Shown here: positions 19,335 to 29,398 of the stretch, piece after piece
How positions within the stretch are numbered: position 1 is the stretch's first letter
Layout of the letters: every line of letters begins with the position of its first letter
NCBI GenBank assembly: GCA_036002925.1
Contig: DASYSU010000256.1
Span: 5,216 to 69,215, forward strand
Source: Gemmatimonadaceae bacterium
Lineage (GTDB): Bacteria > Gemmatimonadota > Gemmatimonadetes > Gemmatimonadales > Gemmatimonadaceae
Direction of reading: 5' to 3'
DNA length: 64,000 nucleotides
The notes under the pieces: generated by a model
The model's database searches: none
What the model was told of the DNA's origin: nothing
What the model saw: the letters and a program-made list of their open reading frames with translations, nothing else
Made by a program: the position numbers and the translations under genes

Positions 19335-20192
19335 ATGCTCTGGCATCATGCAACGGGTGTCCTCACGATCGACCGGCCGCGGATTGTCGGGATCGTGAAC
19401 GTGACGCCGGACAGCTTCAGTGACGGCGGCATGTTGCGGACGGTGGACGACGTGCGGCGCCACGTCGACCGCCTCGCCGAGGAAGGCGCCGACGTTATCG
19501 ACATCGGCGGCGAGTCGACGCGACCGCAGGGCGCGAGGCCCGTAGGTGTTGACGACGAGCTACGCCGCGTGCTTCCGGCAGTTCAATCGACGATCGCTGA
19601 TTTTCCTGGTATTCCCGTATCGGTCGACACGGTGAAGGCACGCGTTGCCGCCGAGGCCCTTGCCGCCGGCGCATCGATCGTCAACGACGTTTCGGCTTTC
19701 CGACTTGACCCCGAGATGGCCAAGGTTTGCGCGCACGGCAGGTCGGGGGTTGTCTTGATGCACTCGCGCGGCGACGTTGCCGACATGGCGACGTTCGTGC
19801 ATGCCGGATACGGAGCGGACGCGGTCGGCGAGGTGATCGCCGAATTGAGCACGAGAGTCGCCTCCGCCGTCGACGCCGGCGTCGAGCGAACGCGTATCGT
19901 GATCGACCCTGGCATAGGTTTCTCGAAGAGAGGAGAACAGTCGCTCGCGATGTTGGCGCAGATGAGGCGATTCACGGAGTTTGGCTTTCCCGTGTTGGTC
20001 GGGGTCTCGCGAAAGCGGTTCATTGGTGAGATTACGAGGGCCGCGTCGCCGGCCGACCGCATGGCCGGGACGGTGGGAGCGAACGTCGTCGCATTGGAGC
20101 GCGGAGCGAGGCTGTTTCGCGTGCACGACGTGAAGCCCTCTCGCGACGCACTCGACGTAGCGTGGGCGATCATGCAGAGCGCATCCGTATGA
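19335..20192 (+). CDS. folP: Dihydropteroate synthase
   Basis: GIVNVTPDSFSDGG, DIGGESTRP, SVDT, IVNDVS and VGVSRKRFIG pterin-binding motifs. Confidence 0.9.
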   Translation: MLWHHATGVLTIDRPRIVGIVNVTPDSFSDGGMLRTVDDVRRHVDRLAEEGADVIDIGGESTRPQGARPVGVDDELRRVLPAVQSTIADFPGIPVSVDTVKARVAAEALAAGASIVNDVSAFRLDPEMAKVCAHGRSGVVLMHSRGDVADMATFVHAGYGADAVGEVIAELSTRVASAVDAGVERTRIVIDPGIGFSKRGEQSLAMLAQMRRFTEFGFPVLVGVSRKRFIGEITRAASPADRMAGTVGANVVALERGARLFRVHDVKPSRDALDVAWAIMQSASV

Positions 20193-20989
20193 GCATTCTT
20201 GAACAACTCAGGTTGGCGCATCCAGGATGGCGCGACGCCCTCGAGATCGTCGTCGTGAGCTACGCGATCTACCGCGTGCTCGTGCTGATCCATCGGACGC
20301 GGGCAATGCAGGTGCTCGTCGGCATCACCGTACTTGCCGTAGCGTATGGCGTCGCCTATGTGCTGCAGCTCAGCATGATCATCTACCTCCTGACGCTGGT
20401 CTTCAGCTACGGGGCGATCGCGCTCCTGGTCGTGTTCGCGCCCGAGCTTCGTGCCGCGCTGGCGCAGATCGGGCGCTCCCCGATGTCGCGGTTCTTCGCG
20501 CACATGGGTGAAAGCGAGATCGCCGACGAAGTCGCCGAGGCAGTCGAGCGCCTGAGTCGCTCCGGAATCGGCGCGATCATCGCCATCGAGCGCGAGGTGT
20601 CACTGGACGAATATGTCCAGTCGGGATCGGAGATGCAGGCCAAGGTATCGGCCGACCTCCTGGCCACGATCTTCACGCCGTACTCGCCACTGCACGACGG
20701 CGCGGTGATCATTCGCGGCGACATGATCGTCGGAGCGGGCTGCATTCTCCCGCTGTCGCAGGCCGCGATGATCGACCGTTCGCTCGGCACGCGGCACCGC
20801 GCGGCACTCGGGTTGAGCGAAGAGACGGACGCGCTCGTCGTCGTCGTCTCGGAAGAGACAGCGATGATCACCGTTGCGGCAAACGGCCGGCTCTGGCGCG
20901 ACTTCACGGCGCCCCAAGTGCGCGATCTCGTCGCCGGGCGGCCGTTGGCGCAAGTCGCGCAATCGGCGGGACTCGAAGTTCACTCGTGA
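20189..20989 (+). CDS. cdaA: Diadenylate cyclase CdaA (c-di-AMP synthase)
   Basis: Three N-terminal TM helices. DAC domain with HDGAVII (DGA) and GTRHRAALG (RHR). I chose the MSILEQ start because it makes an ATGA overlap with the folP stop. The ORF-track start is 20162. Confidence 0.9.
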   Translation: MSILEQLRLAHPGWRDALEIVVVSYAIYRVLVLIHRTRAMQVLVGITVLAVAYGVAYVLQLSMIIYLLTLVFSYGAIALLVVFAPELRAALAQIGRSPMSRFFAHMGESEIADEVAEAVERLSRSGIGAIIAIEREVSLDEYVQSGSEMQAKVSADLLATIFTPYSPLHDGAVIIRGDMIVGAGCILPLSQAAMIDRSLGTRHRAALGLSEETDALVVVVSEETAMITVAANGRLWRDFTAPQVRDLVAGRPLAQVAQSAGLEVHS

Positions 20990-22947
20990 CGGAGCGGCGC
21001 GCGGCACCGCTCGCGGGCGCCGTCTTGCTGCTGGTTTACGTCGCGACGCTCGCGCCGAGCGTCACATTTTGGGACGCCGGAGAGTTCATCGCCGCGGCGC
21101 ACTCGCTCGGCATTCCGCACCCGCCGGGGACGCCGCTGTTCGTCGTCGTGCTGAACGCGTGGGCGCGACTGTGTTGGTTCCTGCCCTTCGCGACCGCGAC
21201 AAATCTTTTTTCGGCGGTTTGCACGGCGACCGCTGCCGGCCTGACGGCATGGTGGATCGGGCGGTCGACACGTTCGGCCGTCGTCGGGTTGGCGGCCGCG
21301 ATGACGGCAGGCGCAATGACCTCCGTCTGGCAAAACGCGACCGAGACGGAGGTCTATTCCGCCTCGCTGTTGCTATCGGTCGCGGCGATTGTCGCCGCCG
21401 ATCGCTCGGGCGAGACGGGCGAGAGGAGGTGGACCATCCTCGCGGCCTATCTTCTCGCGCTGTCCCTGCCGCTCCATCTGAGTGCGCTCGTGGCGGCGCC
21501 GGTGGTAATTCTGCTTGTCACCGACCGCGTCGACGGGACGCGCGACTGGAGCGCCGGTTGTGCACTCCTCGGCGTTTGCATCGCGATCGTTGGAGTGAGT
21601 CGTGTCTCGACGCTGACGCTGGCGATCGGTTTGCTTGTCCTGATCGCGAGCGCGATAGTGAGTGGCAACGATCCCGAGCGCGAACGAAGGCGGCGTGTGG
21701 CGTGGGTCGTCGGCGTTGGCCTGGTCGCGTGCAGCGCGGTGATCTTCCTGTTGCTGCGGGCCCGTCACGAGCCGCTCATCAATCAAGGCGATCCGAATAC
21801 GTGGCGTCGCGTCGCCTACGTCGTGGGACGCGAACAGTATGACGTCGCCGGCCTGTGGCCGCGACAAGCGCCGCTGTGGCTGCAACTGGCGAATTGGTTC
21901 GAGTACGCCGATTGGCAATTCGCCCTCTCGCTGGGGCCGACCGTGATTCCAACGGTGTGGCGTGTATTCGCGACGCTTGCCTTCGCGATGCTTGGACTGT
22001 TTGGAGCGAGCTGGCATCGCCGCATGGATCCGCGGAGGTGGCGAGCCGTGGCGCTGCTTTTTCTGTGCGGTTCGCTGGGCGTCTTGGTATACCTCAACTT
22101 GAAAGCGGGGCGGACGTTCGGCTGGCACTTTGTGCCTCAAGATGCGCGACACGAGGCGCGCGACCGGGACTACTTCTTCGTGCTCGGATTCTGGGCATGG
22201 GGAGTGTGGGCCGGAATGGGAGCTATCGCGCTCGCTCGACGGTTTGCGTTGCCAATCGGAGTGGGGCTCGTTGTCGCCGCGCTTCCGATCGCGCTGAACT
22301 GGTCGGCGGTCACGCGTCGCTCCGAGCCCGAGGCGAGTCTGCCGCGCGCACTCGCGACCGCGTTGCTCGACGGGCTGCCGCCTCGCGCGGTGTTGTTCGT
22401 TGCCGGCGACAATGACACCTACCCGCTGTGGTATGCGCAACAGGTCGAGGGCCGGCGGCGCGACGTGACAGTGGTGACCATGCCGCTGTTGGCTGCTCCG
22501 TGGTATGTCGAGGAGCTCGCGCGTCGACACGGGTTGCGCATCGCGGCGAAGCGAGACGAAATCGACGATCTTGCGAGCGCGGTGGCGACTTCCGCGCGCA
22601 AACAGGGTCGACCTGTGGCTGCCGCGGTCACGGTGCCTGGCATCGATCGAGACAGTTTGTCGCGATCATGGAAGGTGCTCGGGATCGTTGCGATCGACGT
22701 GAGTCCGTCCTCTGCGCGCAGCGCCGGCGAGCCGGCGGCGTCGATCGCGATCGATACCTCGGCGACGCGATCCGCGGCTGCGGCGATCGAGCGATGGCGC
22801 CGGGGGCGCACACCGCGGCCGGCGGTCGATGGAACGGACGAGTACTTCATGAATGTGCTTTCGTGCCCCAGCCTGCTGCTCACGGCGGTTCCGTCGAGGG
22901 AGCAACTCGCGGCGCGCGATTCGATCTGCAACGTTCCGGGCCGCTAG
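20986..22947 (+). CDS. DUF2723-type polytopic membrane protein (GT-C / TMEM260-like glycosyltransferase fold predicted)
   Basis: The N-terminal signature APSVTFWDAGEFIAAAHSLGIPHPPGTPLF is typical of DUF2723. About 10 or more TM helices, then a soluble C-terminal domain. GTGA overlap with the cdaA stop. Confidence 0.7.
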   Translation: MTERRAAPLAGAVLLLVYVATLAPSVTFWDAGEFIAAAHSLGIPHPPGTPLFVVVLNAWARLCWFLPFATATNLFSAVCTATAAGLTAWWIGRSTRSAVVGLAAAMTAGAMTSVWQNATETEVYSASLLLSVAAIVAADRSGETGERRWTILAAYLLALSLPLHLSALVAAPVVILLVTDRVDGTRDWSAGCALLGVCIAIVGVSRVSTLTLAIGLLVLIASAIVSGNDPERERRRRVAWVVGVGLVACSAVIFLLLRARHEPLINQGDPNTWRRVAYVVGREQYDVAGLWPRQAPLWLQLANWFEYADWQFALSLGPTVIPTVWRVFATLAFAMLGLFGASWHRRMDPRRWRAVALLFLCGSLGVLVYLNLKAGRTFGWHFVPQDARHEARDRDYFFVLGFWAWGVWAGMGAIALARRFALPIGVGLVVAALPIALNWSAVTRRSEPEASLPRALATALLDGLPPRAVLFVAGDNDTYPLWYAQQVEGRRRDVTVVTMPLLAAPWYVEELARRHGLRIAAKRDEIDDLASAVATSARKQGRPVAAAVTVPGIDRDSLSRSWKVLGIVAIDVSPSSARSAGEPAASIAIDTSATRSAAAAIERWRRGRTPRPAVDGTDEYFMNVLSCPSLLLTAVPSREQLAARDSICNVPGR

Positions 22948-23051
22948 AAGTCCAAGCCCGGTGGGTCCCGACCAAGCTCGCAGACCCCGCCGTTCACCTC
23001 GGTTGTTTCCCAACTACTTTACGGATCGTCGGACATTCCGATGGCGGCTAG

Positions 23052-23080
23052 TTGAATCACCCTGTAACCTCCGGTAAGTT
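23052..23080 (+). promoter_or_regulatory. Candidate sigma70-type promoter (TTGAAT-17 nt-TAAGTT) 8 nt upstream of the yggS ATG
   Basis: Hexamers and spacer were read directly from the sequence. The geometry implies a leaderless or near-leaderless transcript. Confidence 0.3.
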
Positions 23081-23088
23081 GCTACGTT

Positions 23089-23772
23089 ATGCCGTTTCCT
23101 GACCTATCGGACCGGCTGCGGGAAGTACGCGACCGAGTCGATGCCGCGGTGCGGCGCGGTGGTCATGGACAGGCGGTATCAATCGTGGCAGTCACGAAGA
23201 CGCACGGCCCCGACGCAGTACAGGCCGCATGGGACGCGGGCCTTCAGGACGTCGGCGAGAACCGGGTCCAGGAGGCCCTTCCGAAGATGGACGCCATCTC
23301 GGTCCCGGTACGGTGGCATCTCATCGGGCACCTGCAGCGGAACAAGGTGAAGTCCCTCGCCAAGTTCGATCTCTTCCACGCACTCGATAGCAGCAGGCTC
23401 GCCGACGCCGTCAACGACTTCGGTCTGAGCGCGAACACAGCGGTGAAATCACTCGTGCAGATCAACGTGGTCGGGGAGGAGTCGAAGGGTGGCTATGCCC
23501 CACATGACGTGCCTCGCGAGGCGGAGCGCCTCCGGTCGCTCGCCGGCATTCACGTCATGGGCGTGATGACGATGGCGCCGTTGGATGCTGATGAGGCAAC
23601 CCTGCGCGCGACATTCTCAGGCGCACGCCGGGCGCGGGAGGTCCTGTGCGCGGCAGGGCACAGTGCAACGGAATTGTCCATGGGAATGTCCAGTGACTAC
23701 GAAGTCGCGATCGAGGAGGGTGCCACGTACATCCGCCTCGGAACGATACTCTTCGGAGCGAGACCCGCATGA
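23089..23772 (+). CDS. yggS: YggS-family pyridoxal-phosphate homeostasis protein
   Basis: VAVTKTHG (PLP lysine), GENRVQE, HLIGHLQRNK and MGMSSDYE motifs. Confidence 0.9.
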   Translation: MPFPDLSDRLREVRDRVDAAVRRGGHGQAVSIVAVTKTHGPDAVQAAWDAGLQDVGENRVQEALPKMDAISVPVRWHLIGHLQRNKVKSLAKFDLFHALDSSRLADAVNDFGLSANTAVKSLVQINVVGEESKGGYAPHDVPREAERLRSLAGIHVMGVMTMAPLDADEATLRATFSGARRAREVLCAAGHSATELSMGMSSDYEVAIEEGATYIRLGTILFGARPA

Positions 23773-24305
23773 TCGACGAGACCTTCCACCTCACGCCGCT
23801 CGACGTGCGCCGATATGAATTCGGCAAGGCGATGCGTGGCTATGATCCCGAACGCGTCAACCAGTTCCGCGAGCAGGTCGCCGAGGAGCTGGAGCGGCTG
23901 TCGCGCCTGAACCAGGAGCTCGACGCCAAAGCGAAGGGCTTTCACGAGCAGCTTCGCGCGTTTCGCGAGCGCGACAAAGCGATCAACGAAGCCCTCATCT
24001 CGGCGCAGCAACTGCGCGGGGAGATCCGGGAGCAGGCAGAAAAGGAGGCGCAGCTGATCCTCCGTGAGGCACGGGCCGATGGCGAGAAGATCGTCGAAGA
24101 GGCCCGCTCCGAGATTCGCCGGCTGCAAGATCAAATCGTGTCGCTCGACCGGTCGCGGCGTGCCTACCTCGCGCAAGTCCGCTTACTCATCGAGCGCCAA
24201 CTGTCGGAGATCACGGTAGCCGAACAGGCAGCACCGAGTACCGACGGCGGCGTCCGTGACGGCGCGGGCTCGCCTTCTTGGATGGGATCGCTCGTCAAGG
24301 AATGA
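23769..24305 (+). CDS. DivIVA-domain cell-division/polarity coiled-coil protein
   Basis: N-terminal LTPLDVRRYEFGKAMRGYDPERVNQFREQVAEELERL is the DivIVA lipid-binding-domain signature. The rest is coiled coil. ATGA overlap with yggS. Confidence 0.8.
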   Translation: MIDETFHLTPLDVRRYEFGKAMRGYDPERVNQFREQVAEELERLSRLNQELDAKAKGFHEQLRAFRERDKAINEALISAQQLRGEIREQAEKEAQLILREARADGEKIVEEARSEIRRLQDQIVSLDRSRRAYLAQVRLLIERQLSEITVAEQAAPSTDGGVRDGAGSPSWMGSLVKE

Positions 24306-25171
24306 GCACGCTCGAATCAGGTCTCGCGACGTCGCCCACTGCGACGTTGGACGCGCATTCGTCGGACGCGATCGAGCGGGCAGCCGACACGATTCGCGCG
24401 CGCTTCGACCGTCGACCCGACGCCGCGATCATTCTCGGCACAGGGCTCGGCCGGCTTGCCGTTGAAATCGACGCGCACGCGGTGGTCGAGTACGCCGACA
24501 TCCCTGGCTTCCCATTGTCGACGGTCGAGTCGCACACGGGTCGGTTGTTGTGTGGCACGCTCGGCAACAAGACGGTGATCGCGATGCAGGGCCGCTTCCA
24601 TCGGTACGAGGGCTATTCACTGCGGAAGGTCACGTTTCCGGTACGCGTCATGCGCGCGCTCGGCGCGGACTCGTTGATTGTGTCGAACGCCTGCGGCGGG
24701 CTCAATCCGCTCTGGTCGGCCGGCGATCTGATGTTGATCGCCGATCACATCAACTTGCTCGGCGATAGTCCGCTGATCGGGCCGAATGACGATCGTCTCG
24801 GTCCACGGTTCCCCGATCTGTCGGCGCCGTACGATTCCGCGCTGCGCGATGTGGCGCGCCGCGTGGCGGCCGAGAAGGGAATCACGCTCCGCGAAGGCGT
24901 CTACGTTGCCGTGACGGGCCCGAATCTAGAGACGCGCGCCGAATACCGCTTTCTGCGGGCCATCGGCGCGGACGTCGTCGGCATGTCGACGGTACCCGAG
25001 GTCGTCGTCGCGATTCACGCGGGCATGAGAGTTCTTGGATTGTCGATCATCACGGACATGTGCCTTCCCGACGCGCTGGAGCCCGCGACGGTCGAGCGCA
25101 TCATCGCGGTGGCCAATCGCGCCGAGCCGCAGCTGACGGCGCTCGTGCGCGGCGTACTGGAGCGCATGTGA
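24302..25171 (+). CDS. Purine nucleoside phosphorylase (trimeric PNP/PunA type)
   Basis: ILGTGLG, ESHTGRLLCGTLGNKTVIAMQGRFHRYEGYS, NACGGLNP and VGMSTVPEV motifs. I chose the start that makes an ATGA overlap. The ORF-track start is 24278. Confidence 0.85.
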   Translation: MSTLESGLATSPTATLDAHSSDAIERAADTIRARFDRRPDAAIILGTGLGRLAVEIDAHAVVEYADIPGFPLSTVESHTGRLLCGTLGNKTVIAMQGRFHRYEGYSLRKVTFPVRVMRALGADSLIVSNACGGLNPLWSAGDLMLIADHINLLGDSPLIGPNDDRLGPRFPDLSAPYDSALRDVARRVAAEKGITLREGVYVAVTGPNLETRAEYRFLRAIGADVVGMSTVPEVVVAIHAGMRVLGLSIITDMCLPDALEPATVERIIAVANRAEPQLTALVRGVLERM

Positions 25172-25182
25172 CCGCGCCCAGC

Positions 25183-28100
25183 ATGACGCGATATCAGGTC
25201 TTGCCGCCCGATCGGCCGGCGGATGACGTCGAGCGCGAGCTGCTCGCGCGATGGGAGGAGGAGGATCTCTTCCGCCAGACGCTCGACGCGCGCGCCGGCG
25301 CGCCGACGTTCGTGTTCTTTGAAGGCCCGCCGACGGCGAACGGCAAACCGGGCATCCACCACGTGTTCGCGCGAACGATCAAGGATCTTTTTTGCCGCCA
25401 TCGGGCGATGAAAGGGTTCCGCGTGGCGCGCAAAGCGGGATGGGACACGCATGGGCTTCCCGTCGAGATCGAGGTCGAGAAGCAGCTCGGCATCAGCGGC
25501 AAGCAGCAGATCGAAGCGCTTGGCGTCGCCGAGTTCAACCGGCTGTGTCGCGAGAGTGTCTTCAAGTACCGCGGTGATTGGGAGAAGCTGAGCGCGCGCA
25601 TCGCGTACTGGCTCGACTACGAGCATCCGTACGTGACGTACACGAACGACTATGTCGAAAGCGTGTGGTGGTCGTTGAAGACGCTGTTCGACAAGCAGCT
25701 GCTGTATCGCGGCCACAAGATCCTGCCGTACTGCTCGCGCTGCGGGACGGCGCTCTCGAGCCACGAAGTGGCGCAGGGATGGCAGGAGGACGAAGACCCG
25801 AGCGTGTACGTCGCACTCGATCTGGTCGACGACGGCGACACGCGGGATGCCTCGTTGCATCCGCACGTGGGTCGGCGAATTCTCGTCTGGACGACGACTC
25901 CGTGGACGTTGGTGTCGAACACGGCGCTGGCCGTGCACCCCGACTTCGACTACGTGGAGTTGATCCGTCGCGACGATGGTAAGGCGCACGCCGACGCCGC
26001 TGGTCTCGATAAAAGAACGCTCATTCTGGCTGAGGCGCGCGTTCATGCCGTCCTGGGCCAGGACTACGAAAACCGCTGGGAGTTCATTCGCCGGTTCAAA
26101 GGCGCGGAGCTGGTCGGCGCGCGGTATCGCCGCCCGTTGGATTGGGTCGAGTTTCCCGAGGGAACCAATCACGAAATCATCATTGGTGAAGAATTCGTGT
26201 TGGCCACCGACGGAAGCGGCGTCGTGCACATGTCGCCTGCCTTTGGTGCCGACGACTACGAGGCGGGGAAGCGCCACGGGCTCGCCTTCTTGCAGCCGGT
26301 CGGCTTGCGCGGCGAATTCCCATCGTCAATGCCGATCGTGGGCGGCTTGTTCGTGAAAGATGCCGATCCGCTACTGATCGAAGAGCTCAAGCGACGCGGT
26401 GTGCTCTGGAAGGCCGGTCGCCTCACGCACCAATACCCACACTGCTGGCGCTGCGGCACGCCGCTGATCTATTACGCGCGCACGTCCTGGTTCATCCGCA
26501 CGACGGCGGTGCGCGATGCCATGCTCGCCCGCAATGCGCGCGTCGACTGGCATCCGCCGTTCATCGGTGAGGGCCGGTTTGGCGAGTGGCTCGAGAACAA
26601 CATCGATTGGGCGATCTCGCGCGATCGATATTGGGGCACGCCGTTGCCGGTGTGGCTGTGCGACGCCGAGGCGTCGCACGTCGAGTGTATCGGCAGCTTC
26701 GCGGATCTCGCAGAGCGTGCGGGGACGGTGTTGCCGCATGACTTCGATCCACACAAGCCGAACGTCGATCACTATACGTGGCGGTGTCGCGCGCCCGGCT
26801 GCGCCGGCACAATGCGACGCGCGCCCGAGGTCATCGACACCTGGTACGACTCGGGCTCGATGTCGTTCGCGCAGTGGCATTACCCGTTCGAGAATCGTGA
26901 ACAGGTGACGGAGCAATTCCCGGCGGACTTCATCGCCGAGGGCGTCGATCAAACGCGCGGATGGTTCTACTCGCTGCTGGCGATTGCGACGGGCCTTGGC
27001 GATGCGCTGCCCAACAATGACGCGGCGTCCGCGTCACCGTATCGTGCGGTCGTAGTGAACGACCAGGTGCTCGACGAGAATGGGCTCAAGATGTCGAAGA
27101 GCCGCGGCAATATCATCGATCCGTGGACAGTGATCCCGCGTCATGGTGTCGATGCGATCAGACTGTTCTTCGTCGCGGCAAGCAACGTGTGGGTGGAGCG
27201 CAGGTTCGACGAGCGCGTGCTCGTCGAACAGGCGGGGCGATTCCTGCGCACGTTCAAGAACGTGTACAGCGGAATCTTCGCGCAGTACGCGAACTTCGGT
27301 TGGTCACCGTCCGAGCAGGATCCGCCGCTCTCGGCGCGTCCGGTCATCGATCGCTGGATGATCAGCCGGCTTGCGTCGGTCGAACGCACGGTCGACGAGG
27401 CGCTCGAAGCCTATGACGCAACGGCCGCGTCGCGTGCGATCATCGAGTTTGTCGACGACGACGTCGCGAACTGGTACGTGCGATTGAGCCGTGGTCGCTT
27501 CTACGACGTCGACGGCGAGGACAACCGAGCAGCGTTCGCCACGCTCCACGAGGTGCTCGTCTCAGTCTGCCGCCTGCTCGCCCCGATCGCGCCCTTCGTG
27601 ACCGACTGGATCCACCGGGAGCTCACCGGCGAGTCGGTGCATTTGGCGCCATTCATCGGCGCGCGTGCTGAGCGGGTCGATCCGACGCTCGATACTGGTA
27701 TGGAGGCCATTCGAACCTTGGCGCGGTTGGGCCGTGCGGCGAGAGAAGAAGTCGGCATCAAGGTGCGGCAACCGCTCGCGCGGATGATCTGCGTGGCGCC
27801 GGACGTAGCCGAAGAGGCGCTCGTCCCGCTCGTTCCGTTGCTCGCCGCTGAACTCAACGTCAAAGAGGTGGACTTCGCCAGCTCGGGCGACTCGCTCGTC
27901 ACGCTCGAGGCGAAACCGAATTTCCGCTCGCTCGGTAAGAAGTTCGGGAAGAAGACGCCGCTGGCGGCCCAGGCCGTCGGCGACCTTGGAAGTGAGCGGC
28001 TGCGACGGTTCCTCCACGGGGAGGCGCTGGTCGTTAGCGTTGAGGGTGAGTCGCACGAGCTGGGACTTGACGACCTAACGATCATTCGCCGCGCGTCTGG

Positions 28101-28437
28101 TGCACTCGCGGTTCAGGAGGATGGGGGCTTTTTCGCGGCGATCGATCCGACGATCACGCCCGAGCTCAAGCTCGAGGGGCATGCCCGAGAGCTCATCAGC
28201 CGGGTACAACGTATGCGAAAGGAGTCGGGGCTTTCGGTAAGCGACCGTATCGTGCTGACCGTCGCCGGAGGTGAAGAGGTGAAGGCCGTGATCGACGCTC
28301 ATGGTGCGCGCATCGCGGACGAAGTGTTGGCAACCGAGCTCGTGTTCGCGGGCGCGGACGGGGGGCGAGGGCAGGACACGAACGCCATCGATCTCGACGG
28401 GATTACGGCCTACGCGGCCATCAACAGGATACAGTAG
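25183..28437 (+). CDS. ileS: Isoleucyl-tRNA synthetase
   Basis: HIGH-type motif (PPTANGKPGIHHV), KMSKS (LKMSKSRGN), and CP1 editing-region length. The start is set at MTRYQV. A GTG at 25168 (GTGA overlap) is an alternative. Confidence 0.95.
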   Translation: MTRYQVLPPDRPADDVERELLARWEEEDLFRQTLDARAGAPTFVFFEGPPTANGKPGIHHVFARTIKDLFCRHRAMKGFRVARKAGWDTHGLPVEIEVEKQLGISGKQQIEALGVAEFNRLCRESVFKYRGDWEKLSARIAYWLDYEHPYVTYTNDYVESVWWSLKTLFDKQLLYRGHKILPYCSRCGTALSSHEVAQGWQEDEDPSVYVALDLVDDGDTRDASLHPHVGRRILVWTTTPWTLVSNTALAVHPDFDYVELIRRDDGKAHADAAGLDKRTLILAEARVHAVLGQDYENRWEFIRRFKGAELVGARYRRPLDWVEFPEGTNHEIIIGEEFVLATDGSGVVHMSPAFGADDYEAGKRHGLAFLQPVGLRGEFPSSMPIVGGLFVKDADPLLIEELKRRGVLWKAGRLTHQYPHCWRCGTPLIYYARTSWFIRTTAVRDAMLARNARVDWHPPFIGEGRFGEWLENNIDWAISRDRYWGTPLPVWLCDAEASHVECIGSFADLAERAGTVLPHDFDPHKPNVDHYTWRCRAPGCAGTMRRAPEVIDTWYDSGSMSFAQWHYPFENREQVTEQFPADFIAEGVDQTRGWFYSLLAIATGLGDALPNNDAASASPYRAVVVNDQVLDENGLKMSKSRGNIIDPWTVIPRHGVDAIRLFFVAASNVWVERRFDERVLVEQAGRFLRTFKNVYSGIFAQYANFGWSPSEQDPPLSARPVIDRWMISRLASVERTVDEALEAYDATAASRAIIEFVDDDVANWYVRLSRGRFYDVDGEDNRAAFATLHEVLVSVCRLLAPIAPFVTDWIHRELTGESVHLAPFIGARAERVDPTLDTGMEAIRTLARLGRAAREEVGIKVRQPLARMICVAPDVAEEALVPLVPLLAAELNVKEVDFASSGDSLVTLEAKPNFRSLGKKFGKKTPLAAQAVGDLGSERLRRFLHGEALVVSVEGESHELGLDDLTIIRRASGALAVQEDGGFFAAIDPTITPELKLEGHARELISRVQRMRKESGLSVSDRIVLTVAGGEEVKAVIDAHGARIADEVLATELVFAGADGGRGQDTNAIDLDGITAYAAINRIQ

Positions 28438-28439
28438 CA

Positions 28440-28856
28440 ATGGCGACCATCAACGGCGTGAAGAAGCCGAAGGGCATGAACAAGAAGATGCTGCAGCACT
28501 TCGAGAAGCGTTTGCAGGAGGAGCGCAAGCGCGTGCTCAAGGAGCTGGGCCGGGCTGACGAAGCCTTCGGCGCGACACCGCAATCGGCGGACGGGGATCT
28601 GAGCAGCTATTCGTTCCACATGGCCGATCAGGGAACCGACGCGATGGAGCGCGAAAAGGCGTTCCTTTTCGCGAGTCAGGAAGGACGTTTCCTCTGGCAC
28701 ATCGACGAGGCGTTGCGGCGACTCTATCGCGCACCGGAAAGCTTCGGTAAATGTCATCAGTGCGGGAACGAGATCGCATTCGATCGTCTGGACGCCCTCC
28801 CGCACGCCCGCTATTGCATTGACTGCAAACAGCGCGAGGAAGATGCAAAGAAATAA
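28440..28856 (+). CDS. DksA/TraR-family C4 zinc-finger protein
   Basis: Coiled-coil N-terminus. CHQCGNEIAFDRLDALPHARYCIDCK four-Cys finger. Confidence 0.8.
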   Translation: MATINGVKKPKGMNKKMLQHFEKRLQEERKRVLKELGRADEAFGATPQSADGDLSSYSFHMADQGTDAMEREKAFLFASQEGRFLWHIDEALRRLYRAPESFGKCHQCGNEIAFDRLDALPHARYCIDCKQREEDAKK

Positions 28857-29388
28857 CGCGGGGCTGTTCTGGCCCGTGCTGGCGCTCGTGGCGGCGGTCG
28901 ACTTCGGAACGAAGGCGATCGCTTCCACGCGCTTGATTCCTCAGGGGTTACCACACACGGTCTACGGTGAGTGGATTCGTTTCACGCTCGTCCACAATCC
29001 GGGTGCGGCGTTTGGACTCCAAATGGGGAATCCGCAGTTCTCGCGATGGATCTTCATGGTCCTGACGATCGTTGCCTTGGTCATTCTCGGACGGCTTTAC
29101 GTCGTGACGCGAGCCGGCGACATCGTCCGGACGTTGTCGCTCGCACTCGTCTGCGGTGGCGCCATGGGGAATCTGATCGATCGCGTGCGCTCGACGATGG
29201 GCGTCGTCGACTTCATCGATATCGGCTTCGGCGACTCACGTTGGCCGACGTTCAACATCGCGGACATGGCGGTCAGCTTGGGCGCGTTTCTTCTCGCGTG
29301 GGTATTGTGGGGCGAAGACACGGCAGCGGATCGATCGACTGTGCCGGCGCAGGCGACGATCGCCGGCGAATCCGGCGAGCTCTCGTAA
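28843..29388 (+). CDS. lspA: Lipoprotein signal peptidase II, copy 1
   Basis: NPGAAFG, GNLIDR and FNIADMAV motifs, so both catalytic Asp residues are present. Four TM helices. The start is taken at the second Met. The ORF-track start is 28819. Confidence 0.85.
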   Translation: MQRNNAGLFWPVLALVAAVDFGTKAIASTRLIPQGLPHTVYGEWIRFTLVHNPGAAFGLQMGNPQFSRWIFMVLTIVALVILGRLYVVTRAGDIVRTLSLALVCGGAMGNLIDRVRSTMGVVDFIDIGFGDSRWPTFNIADMAVSLGAFLLAWVLWGEDTAADRSTVPAQATIAGESGELS

Positions 29389-29398
29389 GCCAGGCGAC

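Noticed and set aside
20874-21842. A 322-aa alternative-frame ORF across the cdaA/DUF2723 junction.
   Set aside because: It is Arg-rich and lacks motifs. The in-frame DUF2723 signature and TM pattern explain the region.
25060-25182. A 41-aa N-terminal extension of ileS, as given in the ORF track.
   Set aside because: The extension is Arg/Ala-rich, lies inside the PNP coding region, and is unlike IleS N-termini. MTRYQVLPP...ELLARWEEEDLF fits the conserved start.
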